Source of the DNA: Macrostomum lignano
Lineage: Eukaryota
NCBI GenBank assembly: GCA_002269645.1
Contig: NIVC01002233.1
Location: 1 to 64,000, forward strand
Length of the DNA stretch: 64,000 nucleotides
Direction: 5' to 3'
Shown here: one piece after another, positions 13,437-25,921 of the stretch
Numbering within the stretch: position 1 is the first letter of the stretch
How the letters are laid out: each line of letters begins with the position of its first letter
Program-made: the position numbers and the translations under genes
The notes under the pieces: generated by a model
The model's database searches: none
The model's input: the letters and a program-made list of their open reading frames with translations, nothing else
What the model was told of the DNA's origin: nothing

Positions 13437-13487
13437 CTATTCCTAGCCTCCCCAAAACCCCAAAAAGTTTGTCGGATCCTCGGTGGT

Positions 13488-15997
13488 TCAGCAGCCGCAG
13501 CTGCAGCCGAAACAATAGCACTGGCAGTTGCGAATCCTGCCGCGCCATCGTTCGATAGATCTGGCGGTCAGTCGCCTCAAAGCTACGCTCATCCTGCAGT
13601 ACAGCACGGCTGACACGGCCGGGTGCGCGTACACCAGGATGCGAGCGTACTCCAGCCCGGCTGTCAAACCAGACGACAGGTTCTCCCTGCCCGCCAGGTC
13701 CAGCGAGTCAATCAGCACAATTAGCAGCGACTTCGGGAACCAGCAGAGGAAGAAGCACGCAACCATGACGATGATGAGACGCTTTACACGAGCAGCACCC
13801 TGCTGCCGTTGTGGCTTCGGCAGCGGCAGGCGTTGATTGTTATTAGCTACCTGCTGCGCCTGACAGCTGCGGCTGCTGCTGATGAGAACCAGGGCTGCTG
13901 CTCGGTTGCTGGCGCTGGCATCGGATCGGTTACTACCACTGCCGTTGCTGTTGTCGCGCCTGCAGGACGGCCGGCGGCTGATCAGTCGAGCCAGGCGACC
14001 GTAGCTGACGGTGAACACGAGGCCGGGACAGACAATCAGCAGGATCATGATGCAGATGGACACAACTTTCTGCTTGTCCTGCAGAACCCACTGCTCCGTG
14101 CAGTAGCTCAACGGCGTCTCAAACTGGTCCAGACTCCATTGCTCGGTGCCGTTGCGTTCCACAACTGTGACGCCAATTGTCTGATGGCGCAGCGAATAGA
14201 AAAACAGCATCGGGGAGCTGAGAACGCCAGCTAGCAGCCAGTTGCCAAGCAGCAGGCCCGTCAGCAGTCGGTCAGAGATGAGTCGCGCTCTGGCCCGCAG
14301 AAGGCTCTGGCGAGTGTGCGCTACGGCCATGGTGACTAGGGAGCACGAGTTCAGTAGCACAACGAATGCTGCAAGGATGAAAGGATTGCGGTTGGTTTTT
14401 TTGTAGCTCACTAGAAATAGATGACACTAAGTACTTTTAATCATGCAGCATGACGAGTTTTACGACGGGACAGCTCAGTGGTAACCTGCATGGATCGATT
14501 CCGCACACAAATCAGTCTTAGGTTGATTTCGTGTCATTCACAACCGTGACGGCCGACTCCCAAGACGCAGAACGAGTACATGTCAGATGATGAGAAAGTC
14601 AGGGCCGCTGTACAATCCGTCTGAGCGTGTGCCTTCGTACGAATCCATGTGCGTGCTCAGGGGACATTGGAATGGCCATGACTAATTGCATCCTCAGCTG
14701 GCTGCGGGTCGAGACCTGTGGCAGCGCCCAAAACTAATTAACCTAACTGATGAGGTTTCCCCATTTTTAGGCAAGTTTTATACGGAATGAAGAATGAAGC
14801 AAAAATTCCCATTTTCAAATGACACAAAATGAAAGGTCCGCTTGTAGCCACTTGGTGATTTTACTTGTCCGGGTGGACGTCATGTTAATCAACCCATACT
14901 AATGTGCTTCGGTGTCTGTAATGTTCCCAAAATAATTCTCTTTCGAAGCAGACAGTCGAGCTGCTAGAGAAATGTCCTACTTTATAATTATTTTCATCAG
15001 GCAAATTGCTAATGCCCCCGATTTAGCGACCAACGTAACGGAGTCGTGAAAATCCTTTTTAAGACTGTGTAAAAATGGATTCAAATCATGAAAATGGGTC
15101 AGATTATTTTAATAGTCAATTAGAGCTAATTAGTAAAACAGAGATGCGACTGTGTCAAAGGAGAGCTATCTATCTTTACTGGCACTGCTCGAGGTAAGTT
15201 TTGTTTGTCAGACTATAGACACTGACCGCGTAATGAAATGATCCTACTTGGGCCACTGGGTACAGAAACTGTGAATCCCATCTTATTTTAGCCTGTCTAG
15301 AATAAGTAATCCCTTACTCCACTATATGCCGCAAGAACTATTCCCTTAACTTAAAAAAGTCACACCAATGTATGTCAGAAGTTGACAGCCAGACGTAGAT
15401 ATCTAGATAATATAATGTCACAGCGACTATAGCTGTTAGTGCCATCTGGCGTCTGGTTTACTTTGGCCTGCATAAGTTCTTTTCAATCAGTTTTGATTGA
15501 CAGTTAATAAAAGTACAAGCAGATAGGAGATGCTGAAAATGCTCACCATTAGCTAGCATGTACACTTTGCAGCTCCAGGCGCCCAGACCCCAGGACTTGG
15601 TGATGAGGCGTATCATGTTCACCGGGATGCAGTAAACCGTCATGATGAGCCCAGCGGCCGCCTGATTAAGCATTAGGCTGGTCACCTTTCGGCGCAGACG
15701 CGGTCGCCTAGCAACTGTTACTAAGATGTGCAGGTTAGTCACTGTGCCGGCCACGAACACCATGCATAGCAGAGTTAGTTGAACGATGTTGTTCGCCGTG
15801 ATTCGCCTCGACTGCTCAGTGTGCCGCTGCATCACAGCCTTCAGCCATTCGATTGACACGTTGAAGGACTGTCGGATGCAATATGTAATGCAGGTATTCT
15901 CATTGAAAACCTGTGCAGAAAGACTGACAGTTCAGAAGATTTATGAGTAACTTACCGTCACCACTTGGATACTAAAAGCGTCGCGTGTGAGAATCAT
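13488..15997 (-). CDS. Class A neuropeptide-receptor-like GPCR, 3 exons (15997-15956, 15910-15547, 14368-13488), about 428 aa, with degenerate signature motifs
   Basis: Frame-consistent introns: 45-nt GTAAG...GCACAG (phase 0) and GTGAGC...TTGCAG (phase 1). W.LG...CK extracellular loop 1, ECL2 YCTEQW and TM6 FFLCWFP. The first 42-nt exon is less certain. Confidence 0.85.
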
Positions 15998-16785
15998 GAC
16001 GACTCAAATGTTATTTCGATTGCTATGTTGATACTAATTCGAAGATTGAAGATTTGGAGATTACTAAACAAGAAGAGAACCCGCTTTGCATTTTATTTAG
16101 TGTTTGTTTTCGAACAGACTGCAAGCAAATCCTATTGGTTCTCAGCCCCCATCAGAGACGGGACGCTAAAAGCAGAACAAAACACAGGAGCTACAGGGAT
16201 GCAGAGCTACTAGCTGGGAGCTAATGAACAGTCGCCAATGTCATCAACGGAAAGCTCATCTGCCTTGCACCCAGCCAGCCAATCCTGGCTGCCACCTGCA
16301 TCCAGTCACCTCACTCTCGAACTGTCTGTCAGTCAGTCTGTCTCGCTTGTCTCTCTTCTCCCCTTTACTCTTACTATCAACTGTTAACCATAACTATTTT
16401 TTCTGCCTGCCTCGTGCTTAGAATCAAGCTCTTATATTGAATTGATAGATGTAAGACAGTCTTGATTAGTGGCTTCCGTTATCCTTGGTTGCGGCATAGT
16501 GACTACCCTACCTTTGGAGTCTTGGCGGGGGGGACAGGAAGTGAATAAATTTAGCTATATTCGTCCTCTTGATTAGCCTTCTCTCGCTTTGCAGTCGCAG
16601 TAAAAAGCCTCAATTTGAGGCGCACCTGCTGGCGGCCTTGAATTAAAACTAATTGATAGCCTGTTCTCGATCGTCACGTGACCGTTGAGTCATCACGTGA
16701 CTGCTGTACCTACTAGAAAGCAAATGATTTTATAGCATGAATTCTAGCTTATGATTATAGATATTTCCCCCTCGGAATGGAATGG

Positions 16786-16957
16786 GGATAGAGAGGGGAT
16801 AGAGAGGGGATAGAGAGGGGATAGAGAGGGGATAGAGAGGAGATAGAGAGGGGATAGAGAGGGGATAGAGAGGAGATAGAGAGGGGATAGAGAGGGGATA
16901 GAGAGGGGATAGAGAGGGAATAGAGAGGGGATAGAGAGGGGATAGAGAGAAGATAGA
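16786..16957. repeat. 11-bp purine-rich repeat (GAGAGGGGATA)n, about 15 copies
   Basis: Direct tandem repeats. Confidence 0.95.
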
Positions 16958-17609
16958 TAATAATGGGCGGATCCCAGTATTTTTCTGAGTTGGTTCCCAG
17001 GCACTCAAGCAAGGACAAGCATGCAGTACTTGTGCTTGAAACCCGCGGCCCTCAGCCAATCACCGGGCGCCAGTACGCATCCAGTCACCCAGAGACAACA
17101 AAAACCAAAACCCCAAGCAGTTGAGAAGAAACATCCTCCTCCAGTCAATTTTATTTCTCTACCTCTCTCTCTCTCTCGCTCGCTGCCTTTGTACTTTTTG
17201 CATTTTTCAAAACAACAGCAACAGTTTTTTCAGTTCATTTCGTTCTTTATTTGCCACTCAATCGGCCAATTTTTGATGTCTTGTTGTTCAATAACGAAAA
17301 TAAGGGCTATTAGATCTAAATCAAAGGCTTGTTTATTGAGATTTTTGTGGCCGAGAACAAATATCGAGACTCGCCTCTTTTTAATCAGTTGGAAAATATA
17401 ATTATTAGGCTGCATTGATCACGCACCTGCTAACCTGCAATTGTAGAGTTTTGCTTGTCGGCATGCCATTAAACAGGCACAATAAGCTCAACGGTGCCAC
17501 CTCGGTTCCATTCCGCGCACTCGCTTGTCCACTTTAATTTGAGGTTAATGACAATAGTTAATAGCTTATGGTCATAAGAGGCCAACACACCTGTATATAA
17601 TAATAATAA

Positions 17610-18420
17610 TTGCAGGAGGCTTGTAGGCACCTGACGCAATGCTCTCAGTGACCTCGTGACTGCGCCCGGCAGCTCAACCTCCTGGCCAGTAGCAATACTG
17701 TCTAGTAGAAGTGGATCCCAGGGCACGCAGGGTTTCCGGGGAACGAGCTGGCAGACACCCTCGCCAAGAGGGGCGGCTCTGGCTCTTTCTCTGGCCCTGC
17801 TCCCCTGGTCCCTATCCCTTCTATGGTCATCAATCGTCAGATTGATGACTGGGCTGATTCTCTTCACAGGGACAGATGGGCGGGCACCCAAAACTGCCGA
17901 CAATCACGTGCTGCAGTTCCGTGCCCCTCTCGCAGGCTCAGAAACGTCCTTCTGAACCAAAATCAGAAGGATATTCGAGCCCTTGTCATGGCCTTTACCG
18001 GTCATGGCTACCTCGCCAGACACTGCTTCCTCCGAGGTGACCTCGAGAGTGAACTTTGCCCTTTTTGCGAGTACGACAATGAAGACGCTCAGCACTTTGT
18101 TTGTCACTGCCCTTTCTTTACCAGAGACCGGCTACACTACCTCGGGTCGAACCCGTCCATTGACGAGGTCTGCCAGCCCGACAGCATCCCACGGCTCATC
18201 CAGTTCCTCCGGGCGACAAGACGAGCCACTTTCTTCCCTACGGAAGATCACGCTGCAGGACGGACCGGCAGACCACCCTGCAGCTAAGTCAAGTTAAGTC
18301 AAGACATCCCGCATGTACGGGGTGGGGTGTACAGCGGCCCTGACTTTCTATTCCTCAGGCATGTACACTCTCTGTGCCTTGGGGGTTGGCCCTCATGGCT
18401 GAGAATCGCACGACAACTCA
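17610..18420 (+). mobile_element. 5'-truncated non-LTR retrotransposon 3' end (RNase H C-terminus plus CCHC zinc knuckle; LOA/R1/I-like)
   Basis: One frame reads DCARQLNLLASSNTV**KWIPGHAGFPGNELADTLAKRG (RNase H WIPGH..GNE.AD motif with in-frame stops). It continues into ORF 17823-18287 with TGHG.L..H and CPFC..DNEDAQHFVCHCP. The 3' boundary is approximate. Confidence 0.9.
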
Positions 18421-18812
18421 AGGCGTAAATTTTCCTGCACAAGATCCAAATAAGTGCACGTAGTCACGCACAGAACCAAACCAGCGGACGTGACGACGAA
18501 TTACGAGTATGCCGTAGCTCCCGAGAAAAGAAATGTTTCATCTCGTATTCAACAATTTTTCGGGATAATAATAATTGTTACCATAGACAACTCACAGACG
18601 TCTGGGGCGATAAACATCTGGGACGAACATTGTCGGATGATTCATCGTGCAGGAATGCACAAAACCGTGCAGGAATGCATTTCTAACGCTTAACGCTTAA
18701 CGCCTAACGCTTTTTCAGTGAGATTTTACCATAGTCATCCATTCCTGCACGCAAAAGAGTGCAAGAATGGCATTCTTGCATGGAAAATCAGCGTTGGCGG
18801 GCAACAGGGGTA

Positions 18813-19090
18813 TATAGCTTTTTGCGATTGAATTCGGCCAAACTGCAAAACCTTTCAGCCAATGGAGATTTTGCCTTCACTTCGGCGGCTTCTACCATAG
18901 ACTATTTAGGACACATCGGCTAGCTGTGTGAGAAAATCACTGACTCAAAGTCTTGGCTGAAAGGCTGAAAGGCTGAAAGCTAGCCGGTGTGTCCTAAATA
19001 GTCTATGGTAGAAGCCGCCGAAGTGAAGGCAAAATCTCCATTGGCTGAAAGGTTTTGCAGTTTGGCTGAATTCAATCGCAAAAAGCTATA
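18813..19090. mobile_element. Foldback MITE: about 113-bp inverted arms (2 mismatches) around a 52-nt spacer, probable TA TSD
   Basis: 18813-18925 is the reverse complement of 18978-19090. Both ends are flanked by TA. Confidence 0.85.
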
Positions 19091-19648
19091 CTTGGACAAC
19101 CAGTTTCTAGCTCGTATGGTTCATGCAATCTTTAACGTCATTTTTAGTACGAGTATATGGACGTTTACTATGCGAAACCATCCAAATTCTATTCAACATG
19201 CTTTTATCTTTTATCTTTGCGGCTTCGCAGACTTTAACCGAAGCCACTAACTAACAAGCGTAATCTAGCTAGTACAGCTGGGAAGAAGCAAAATAAGTTG
19301 TTACAACAAGGAACGACAAGAGTCGAATAAATGGAATCTAGCGCGCAGTTGATAAGCAAGCCGAATGATATATTTTTTGTACGGACGGAGAGACAAGTCA
19401 AAATGGTAAAACTAAAACAATTATCCAAGAACTGCGTCTGCTCTAGCTCTTTGTTTAAAACGCATCTGTGTTTGTGATTAGTTATTAAACGGACCGTAGA
19501 GGAAAACCAAATTAATGTCCTCGTATAAGGTAGGCGACAATGCGAAATACAATGCCGCCCACTGCGGGGCAATTTCCACAACTGGGGTGGGGGTTGGCAA
19601 AAATAAGGCTAAAAATAAATCCGTTATTTATTTTGCACCTGCCCCGTG

Positions 19649-22600
19649 TCACGAGAGCAAGTCGGCGTCCTGAGATGACTGAATGAAATGCGTGTCAGTG
19701 GAGCCCTCCGGCTCCGAGTTGATCTCCTCGGGTGCTGCTGCCTCACCGGCGGCTGCGGGACTGGCTGCCACGTGCCAGGGATTCGAGGCGCGCAGCAGTT
19801 GGTTGCCTAGGTAACGCTTAATCAGCTCGCGACCGGCGATTGTGCATGCCGACGTGGCCGACGCTGCGTAGGACAGATCTGCCAGCTGCTCCGTGGCGCC
19901 GTCTGCGGTCGGGTTGAACTTCTCGACGGTGGATAAAATGCCAACCGTGGGCTGATCGGACCAGCCGCCCATCACCATGATGCCGCCCTCGAGCACCGCT
20001 GTGGACAGGTTGCTCTTCTGGCGCCGAAGCTGAGATGTTTATTGGCAGGTAGGTAGGTAGGCAGGTAGGTAGGTTAGGTAGATAAGTAGGTAGATACATG
20101 TACGTAGACAGCAAAATTAGGTGGGTAGGTAGTAGGTAGGCAGGTAGGTGGGTAGGTAGGTAAGGTCTAGGTAGGTAGGTAGGTGGGTAGGTAGATAGGT
20201 TAGGTAGGTAAGTAGGTATGTAGACAGAAAAGATAAGTGGGTATGTAGTAGGTAGGTAGGTAGGCAGGTTAGGTAGGAGGGTAGAAGAGAATACAGGTAG
20301 GTAGACACTGTATAGTTGGGTTAATTGGACAAAAAATCGGATAAAGAACCAATCATGGTAGCTGTTGGAGAGCGCGTGAGATGAGGACAAAAAAGTAGCG
20401 ACTTTTCAATTTTGTTTGTCGCTTCAAACAATAACAGTTAATAACTTGTACACCAATTTTAATAATTTTTGCAATTTTCAAATGCTTCTTGTTGGTATTG
20501 AGCATTGAAATTGACTGTACCTGAGGTTTGGGGACTAAGCATTCAATTAAAAATTCGGCAGTCAGTATTTATAGTTTATAGCCCTAACAGTTCTGTATCG
20601 TATTTTGCGTAGAATTTTATTGAAAATATAGAGAAGAGTTCATGCATGAAACCTAGTCTTAAAAGCAACCTTTGAATTTCGAAATTATTTGGATTTCAAT
20701 GCAGGCATCCGTAGGGCCGAATTTTTTGGTTATAATTGGCTACATGGGTAAAAATTAACTAACAAAGAAGGCACTCACCCTTCCCGAGAACACCCAGCCT
20801 TCGCTCTCGTGCTGATAAGCTTCAACCACTGCCAATCGACTTTGGCCGTCGTTGCCGCCGATGGCGTACAGCGTGTTGCCCATAGCAACTAGAGATACGC
20901 CGCCACGACAGAAGTTCATCCGACTGATGAAGCTCCACTGATCGGTAGCCGGATCGTACACTTCGGCGGTGTCGTGGTACTGCTGGCCGTTGAAACCGCC
21001 GGCAACGTAGATTCGTCCGTTAAGCGCAGCGGCCCCAGCGTCACTTCGCACCGTCCGCATGCTGGACACGGGCAGCCAGCTGTTGTCGTCGACGCTGGTC
21101 TTCTCCACCGAGTCCAGTCGGCCGCCGCATCTGTCCTGCGTTTCGCCGCTGTGGCCGCCAATTGCGAACATTTGGCTGCCGATGGAGGCGCAGCAGACGT
21201 AGTACCGCTTGTAGATCATGCAGGAGCCCTCGTACCAGCCGGCTTGAGTCTTCAAGTTGTAGCAGGACACCGTATTCAGAGCTCTCTCGCCGTCGAAACC
21301 GCCAATTAGATGAAGAACATCGTTAACTACAAGGCAGCCTGAGTAGACTCGTCGCTCCACTTGGCCAATGTCGTTCGAAGGTCTGGACGCATTCGGTGAC
21401 CACATTGTCCAGGTGTTGGCGCGCGGATTGAACACCTGGCAGGCGGCCCTCGGCCCGAACTCTTGGCACCAACCGCCGAACAGCATGACGGCCTCGTGCG
21501 GCTCCCGGGGCGTGGATGCGAATGCAAGATTGTCCGAGTTTCGACGATAGACGTCGAGTAGGTTAGGCGGCACGTTGGGAAACGATTTCAGAAGCGCCAG
21601 CAGACTAGGAAATCGGCTGAGCATCTCGTGCTGCATCAGGACGCCGAGTTCTCTCGTATTCATTAGACCAAGACGAACGCAGGACAGCAGAGACTCGCCG
21701 TGAGCTGACCGCTTTGGCCAATCGACGTCAAGCCAACGCAAAGCAGCGTCCAGAACAGCCAGCTCTGAGCTGCAGTTGATGCCCGGATGGCTCAGCAACC
21801 GGTGCACCATATCGAATTCCAGTTGCGGCCATAGCGACTCCTGAATTGCGCGAGGAAAACTGCGTATTATCTGGTCGAACGCCAGACCGTTGAGCTCTGG
21901 CAGGTAGTACACCTCTGAGAAGGCCCAGATATCGAGGGCGAGGCTCAGGTTTCTGGTGCACTGCTCCTTGATATAATCAAGCGTTTTAACGCGCAAATCC
22001 TGGTAGAGCAGGTAATCGGCGGCTTGGTAAAGATCGACGCAGTTGTCCTCACGAACGGCAATGGCGTCCTCTCCGTTGATCATCGCGTTCAAAATTTCAT
22101 TAATTTCTTGCTTGAGAAAGCCGCATTCGCCGTACGGAAGCTGAAGGTTACTATAAAAGTGCGATTGAAGCGGTGCTTTTCGTATTGTAATTGCACTTAC
22201 AACTCGTGACGTCGCAGACTGCGAGTAAACGTTAAAATTTCTTTCTTCTAATTGCAAACCGTAAAATAAAAGAGTATTTTCATCCATATACATTTGCAGC
22301 TCTCATCAGATCTATTAGGGGCCGAAACAAGTATGCTTTATTCTACCTGAATGTTATACTTTCAAAGTAGTAAGACAACACAAGTGACCATTCGATAGAC
22401 AGGATGTCAAACGAAAGTACTATTTGATGCACTTTAAATATCCTTAGTCAAATTAGGATTCAAATGAGAATTGCGCATTCTTACCTGTTTCTCGAATACT
22501 TAATTAGCGCATCAAAAAACGAGCTACTCTCAGCCATGAGCAGACTGTGCACCGGACAAACTGAGCCCACGGTCGAGGGCGGTAATTGCTGAGCTCCTTC

Positions 22601-22915
22601 GCCTGAAAAAGCAGGCACTTGAACTGCGTGACCGCACAGCGTCTTCAACTGCCTCGCCCCCGTAACATACGACAGATCGGTAGTCGATGCAAACTCTAGA
22701 AAGCCTCGCTTGACATCTGAAGTCAGCAAACCCGAATCGACGGCCTCGAACATTCTAGACAGGGTTTGTCGTCGCAAATTGTTTCTAACTATCGAGTTCT
22801 GTGCAGCATCGCACATCGGGTTGTTTGCGCTGGCAATCAGAGCTGGTGTCAGTACGATGCTTCTACGCTGCTTCTTTACACTGACAAGCATCTTGCCGGA
22901 GCTCGAATAGTCCAT
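19649..22915 (-). CDS. KLHL10: BTB-BACK-Kelch protein, KLHL10-like, 3 exons (22915-22485, 22150-20779, 20029-19649), about 727 aa
   Basis: BTB VHSLLMAESSSFFDAL, BACK EL.VL.AALRWL..D and six Kelch repeats with GG motifs (MRTVRSDAGAAALNGRIYVAGGFNG, typical of KLHL10). Junctions AG|GTAAGA...TATAG|T and AGG|GTGAGT...TCTCAG| keep the frame. The orthologue name is tentative. Confidence 0.88.
20045..20305. repeat. Degenerate (GTAG)n microsatellite in Kelch intron 2
   Basis: Visible GGTA/GTAG tandem runs. Confidence 0.92.
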
Positions 22916-23615
22916 GCTTCCTTAGCTTGCAGGAGGGGATTCACCTCTCTTATTTAATCACCCGATAGTATTAACAAGCAGCTAAGCTCTATGAATGTCC
23001 AAGGCATTCCAGTTTAGTCTATGGTCAAGTAAACCTGAGAAAAACGGCTACTTCCGTTACTCGTGACTAAAATGCACGTAGCCGTGTAGTTAAAATTAAA
23101 AAGTCAACAAAGTTTATAGATAAAAACAAAAAGTTAAATAATCGGATGACTGCTACTGTGAGTAGAAAAATTAGGACAAGCTTTAAAGTTAAAAACGTCG
23201 CGCGTAGATATCAGGTTGTTGTACGCCGCAACCCCCTCCCTCAGCGAGACGAGAATTAGTGTGTGTACAGTTTGTTGGACTGTTATCACAACGTACATCC
23301 TCTCTTTAACCTCTCTCTCTCTCTCTCTCTCTCCTTTTTTAATGTACGCTCTGCAACCTCTCCTGTACAGTGAAGAGCTAAGGTCTTAGGAAATTAATTT
23401 GAAGCCAGTTAGTTGAACATTCTGCGTCGCCTGTTTTCTATACAGTAGTTGCCTCTTTCCTCCTAAATTAGGAAAACACACAGTTGAAAATTTCAAGGCC
23501 GCTAGTGTTAAAGATAGAACTATAAAATCACGAGATTATACAGTTTTAAAAAACAGGTTTAGTTAACAAGTTAATTTTCCTTAAGTCGTTTTCAAACCAT
23601 ACGAAGCTCAGGGCC
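22916..23615. promoter_or_regulatory. Probable shared (bidirectional) promoter region between divergently oriented Kelch and SC5D genes
   Basis: The two start codons face away from each other 700 bp apart, with a short (CT)n at about 23312-23334. Inferred from geometry only. Confidence 0.45.
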
Positions 23616-24541
23616 ATGGACCTTGTACTCGACTTTGCTGATAATTGGCTATTGACGCCTTACGTTTATCCTTCTAGCATTGAGTCGACAAATCCCTACA
23701 GGCAATTGTTCAGCCTGTTTGTCATCACTACAGCCGGCGGCTACTTTCTGTATCTGGCCACGGCCTGGCTTGGCTATGTACTTTTATTTGACAAGCGACT
23801 GTTGCAGCATCCGCTGATTCTGAAGGATCAGATAAGACGCGAGATTACCTATGCGTCTAAGTCCATACCTATTATGGGCGTGCTCACCACTGCTGTGTTC
23901 TTCTTCGAGGTGCGGGGCCACGCCAAGCTCTACGACTCGTACGGGGACACTCGACTGGGTGAGCCCTTGGTTAGCATAACTTCACTAGCTGCAACTATGC
24001 TCGTAATGTACTATATTGGCGTCACCGATCTCCCTCATCAGGCTACATGACCCTGCCCATCACCGTGATCAGCTTCATCTTGTTCACGGACTGCCTGATC
24101 TATTGGATTCACCGGTTCCTGCACCACAAACTGGTGTACAAGCACATCCACAAGGGCCATCACATCTGGAAGGTGCCGACACCGTTCGCTAGCCACGCTT
24201 TTCACCCGCTGGACGGATTTGTGCAGAGCCTGCCGTATCACGTCTTCCCGTTTTTGTTTCCGCTGCACAAGCTCACCTACTTGGGCTTGTTCGTGTTTGT
24301 CAACGTGTGGACAGTGTCAATTCACGACGGTTATTACCGGGTGCCAACTCTGCTCAAGCCTTTCATCAATGGTAGCGCGCACCACACCGATCACCACCTG
24401 TTCTACAACTACAATTATGGCCAGTTCTTCACACTCTGGGATCGTCTGGGCAGCTCGTTTCGAGAGCCGTCCGCATTCACCGGTCAGGGACCGTTGCAGG
24501 CTGTTGTTGCTGGAAAACAATCGAACGGAAAAGACCACTAA
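23616..24541 (+). CDS. SC5D: Sterol C5-desaturase (lathosterol oxidase, ERG3-like), 2 exons (23616-23958, 24042-24541), 280 aa
   Basis: His boxes HRFLH, HKGHH and HTDHH; [14 protein letters not shown] and [13 protein letters not shown] motifs. An 83-nt GTGAGC...CATCAG phase-1 intron restores the frame. Confidence 0.95.
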
Positions 24542-25921
24542 CTGGACTGGACAGTTGCATACATGCATGGATTTTAGCATTCGTAATAGGCGCACACACG
24601 CATCGACTTCTTGCTTCCTAGTGCAGATTTGTAAAAGGCTACTAGCTACGCTCGTAGCTATAATACGACCGTATGCTCAGCAATAATTACCTCCCTCTAA
24701 ACAGAAGTTAACAAGCAATGCCATTCGGTGATTCAGCTGTCTCCATGCGGAGTTCCAGAGTTTATCAAACTCTTTGGCGAGCAGCAGACTGGCAAAATAT
24801 GCAGTACATGTATGTGTTACAGTATAACAAGTGAAAGACCTTCAGGCTACGCCTCTGATGTCAAAGACGAGTGACGGAACGGGTCTTTTTGCATTCTTGC
24901 GGTTCTGTAACACGTTATTGAGTTAATGCAACCTGCCAGACATCGCCAGCTGTACATGTAACCAACAATCACAATTACATGTAAGCAAGAACACATACGC
25001 TCAGCAAAATTGGTAAAGTTTCCATGCACCCCGAAACCATGCTTACAAGCGTATATTTCAAAAGCTCAATTTCGCTTCATTCGTACTTTCTGCCATTCGA
25101 TTGATTGTAAAGCGCCTAAATAAAAAAACTGACTTTCTGAGTCTGAGTACTGCTTATTTTTTTCAAATATAGAAGACTTACTAGACCTAATCATATTAAT
25201 TTCGACCTTTGCTACACAATCAAAACAGCTCTGCCAGCTCACACTGACACACGCTGCAACAGCGTAAAAAATTGAAAACACTTCTCTATACAATAAATGC
25301 AAAGTTTCTGGGGCCTTTAGCAACAATCTTTTCGTTAACTTATCAGCTGACAGAGAGGCCCGAATGTACACTTTTCCATGTATGCACTCGTTTGAATTTT
25401 CTTTCTCTCTGGCCTAAGTTCCAGCTCTTTGCGCACAAAACGAGCGAGTGTGACTGACTGCTAAGAGAAGTGAGTAAGTGGTTGGGGTTTTATCACTCAG
25501 ACACCTGGATGCCAGCCAGTTCAGGGTCAATCATTTCAATGATAAGCTACTGCAGCTTTCGGACTGCAGTACACTCGTCGCTCACTGTACAGAAATTGCC
25601 CCAAATTCCTGCCCGTTGTGAAAAGATTGGATTTTCGACTGACCCAACGTGTTTCGCCAGATACTCTAGAAAATTATATACGAAGATTTTCAAGCTAAAT
25701 TTGACTAAGAGCTAGGTAAACCTACTCAATTACACTGCAGTGCATGGCAGTTTCAGCTATACACTGGTAAGTTACATTTAGTTTGCAATTGAATTAACTA
25801 TAGCTTATACTACACATAACTTAATGCTTATAAACAGAATTGCTTTTTAATACATAGACGGATTTGATCTTTTTAATTCAGATTCGAACTCGTGATCAAA
25901 CAGATTAGAATACGAATACGC

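Noticed and set aside
14747-14800. Hammerhead ribozyme at CTGATGAG (also 61097)
   Set aside because: No stem II plus GAAA core follows. The 61097 motif is simply a CpG-mutated part of the 28S fragment.
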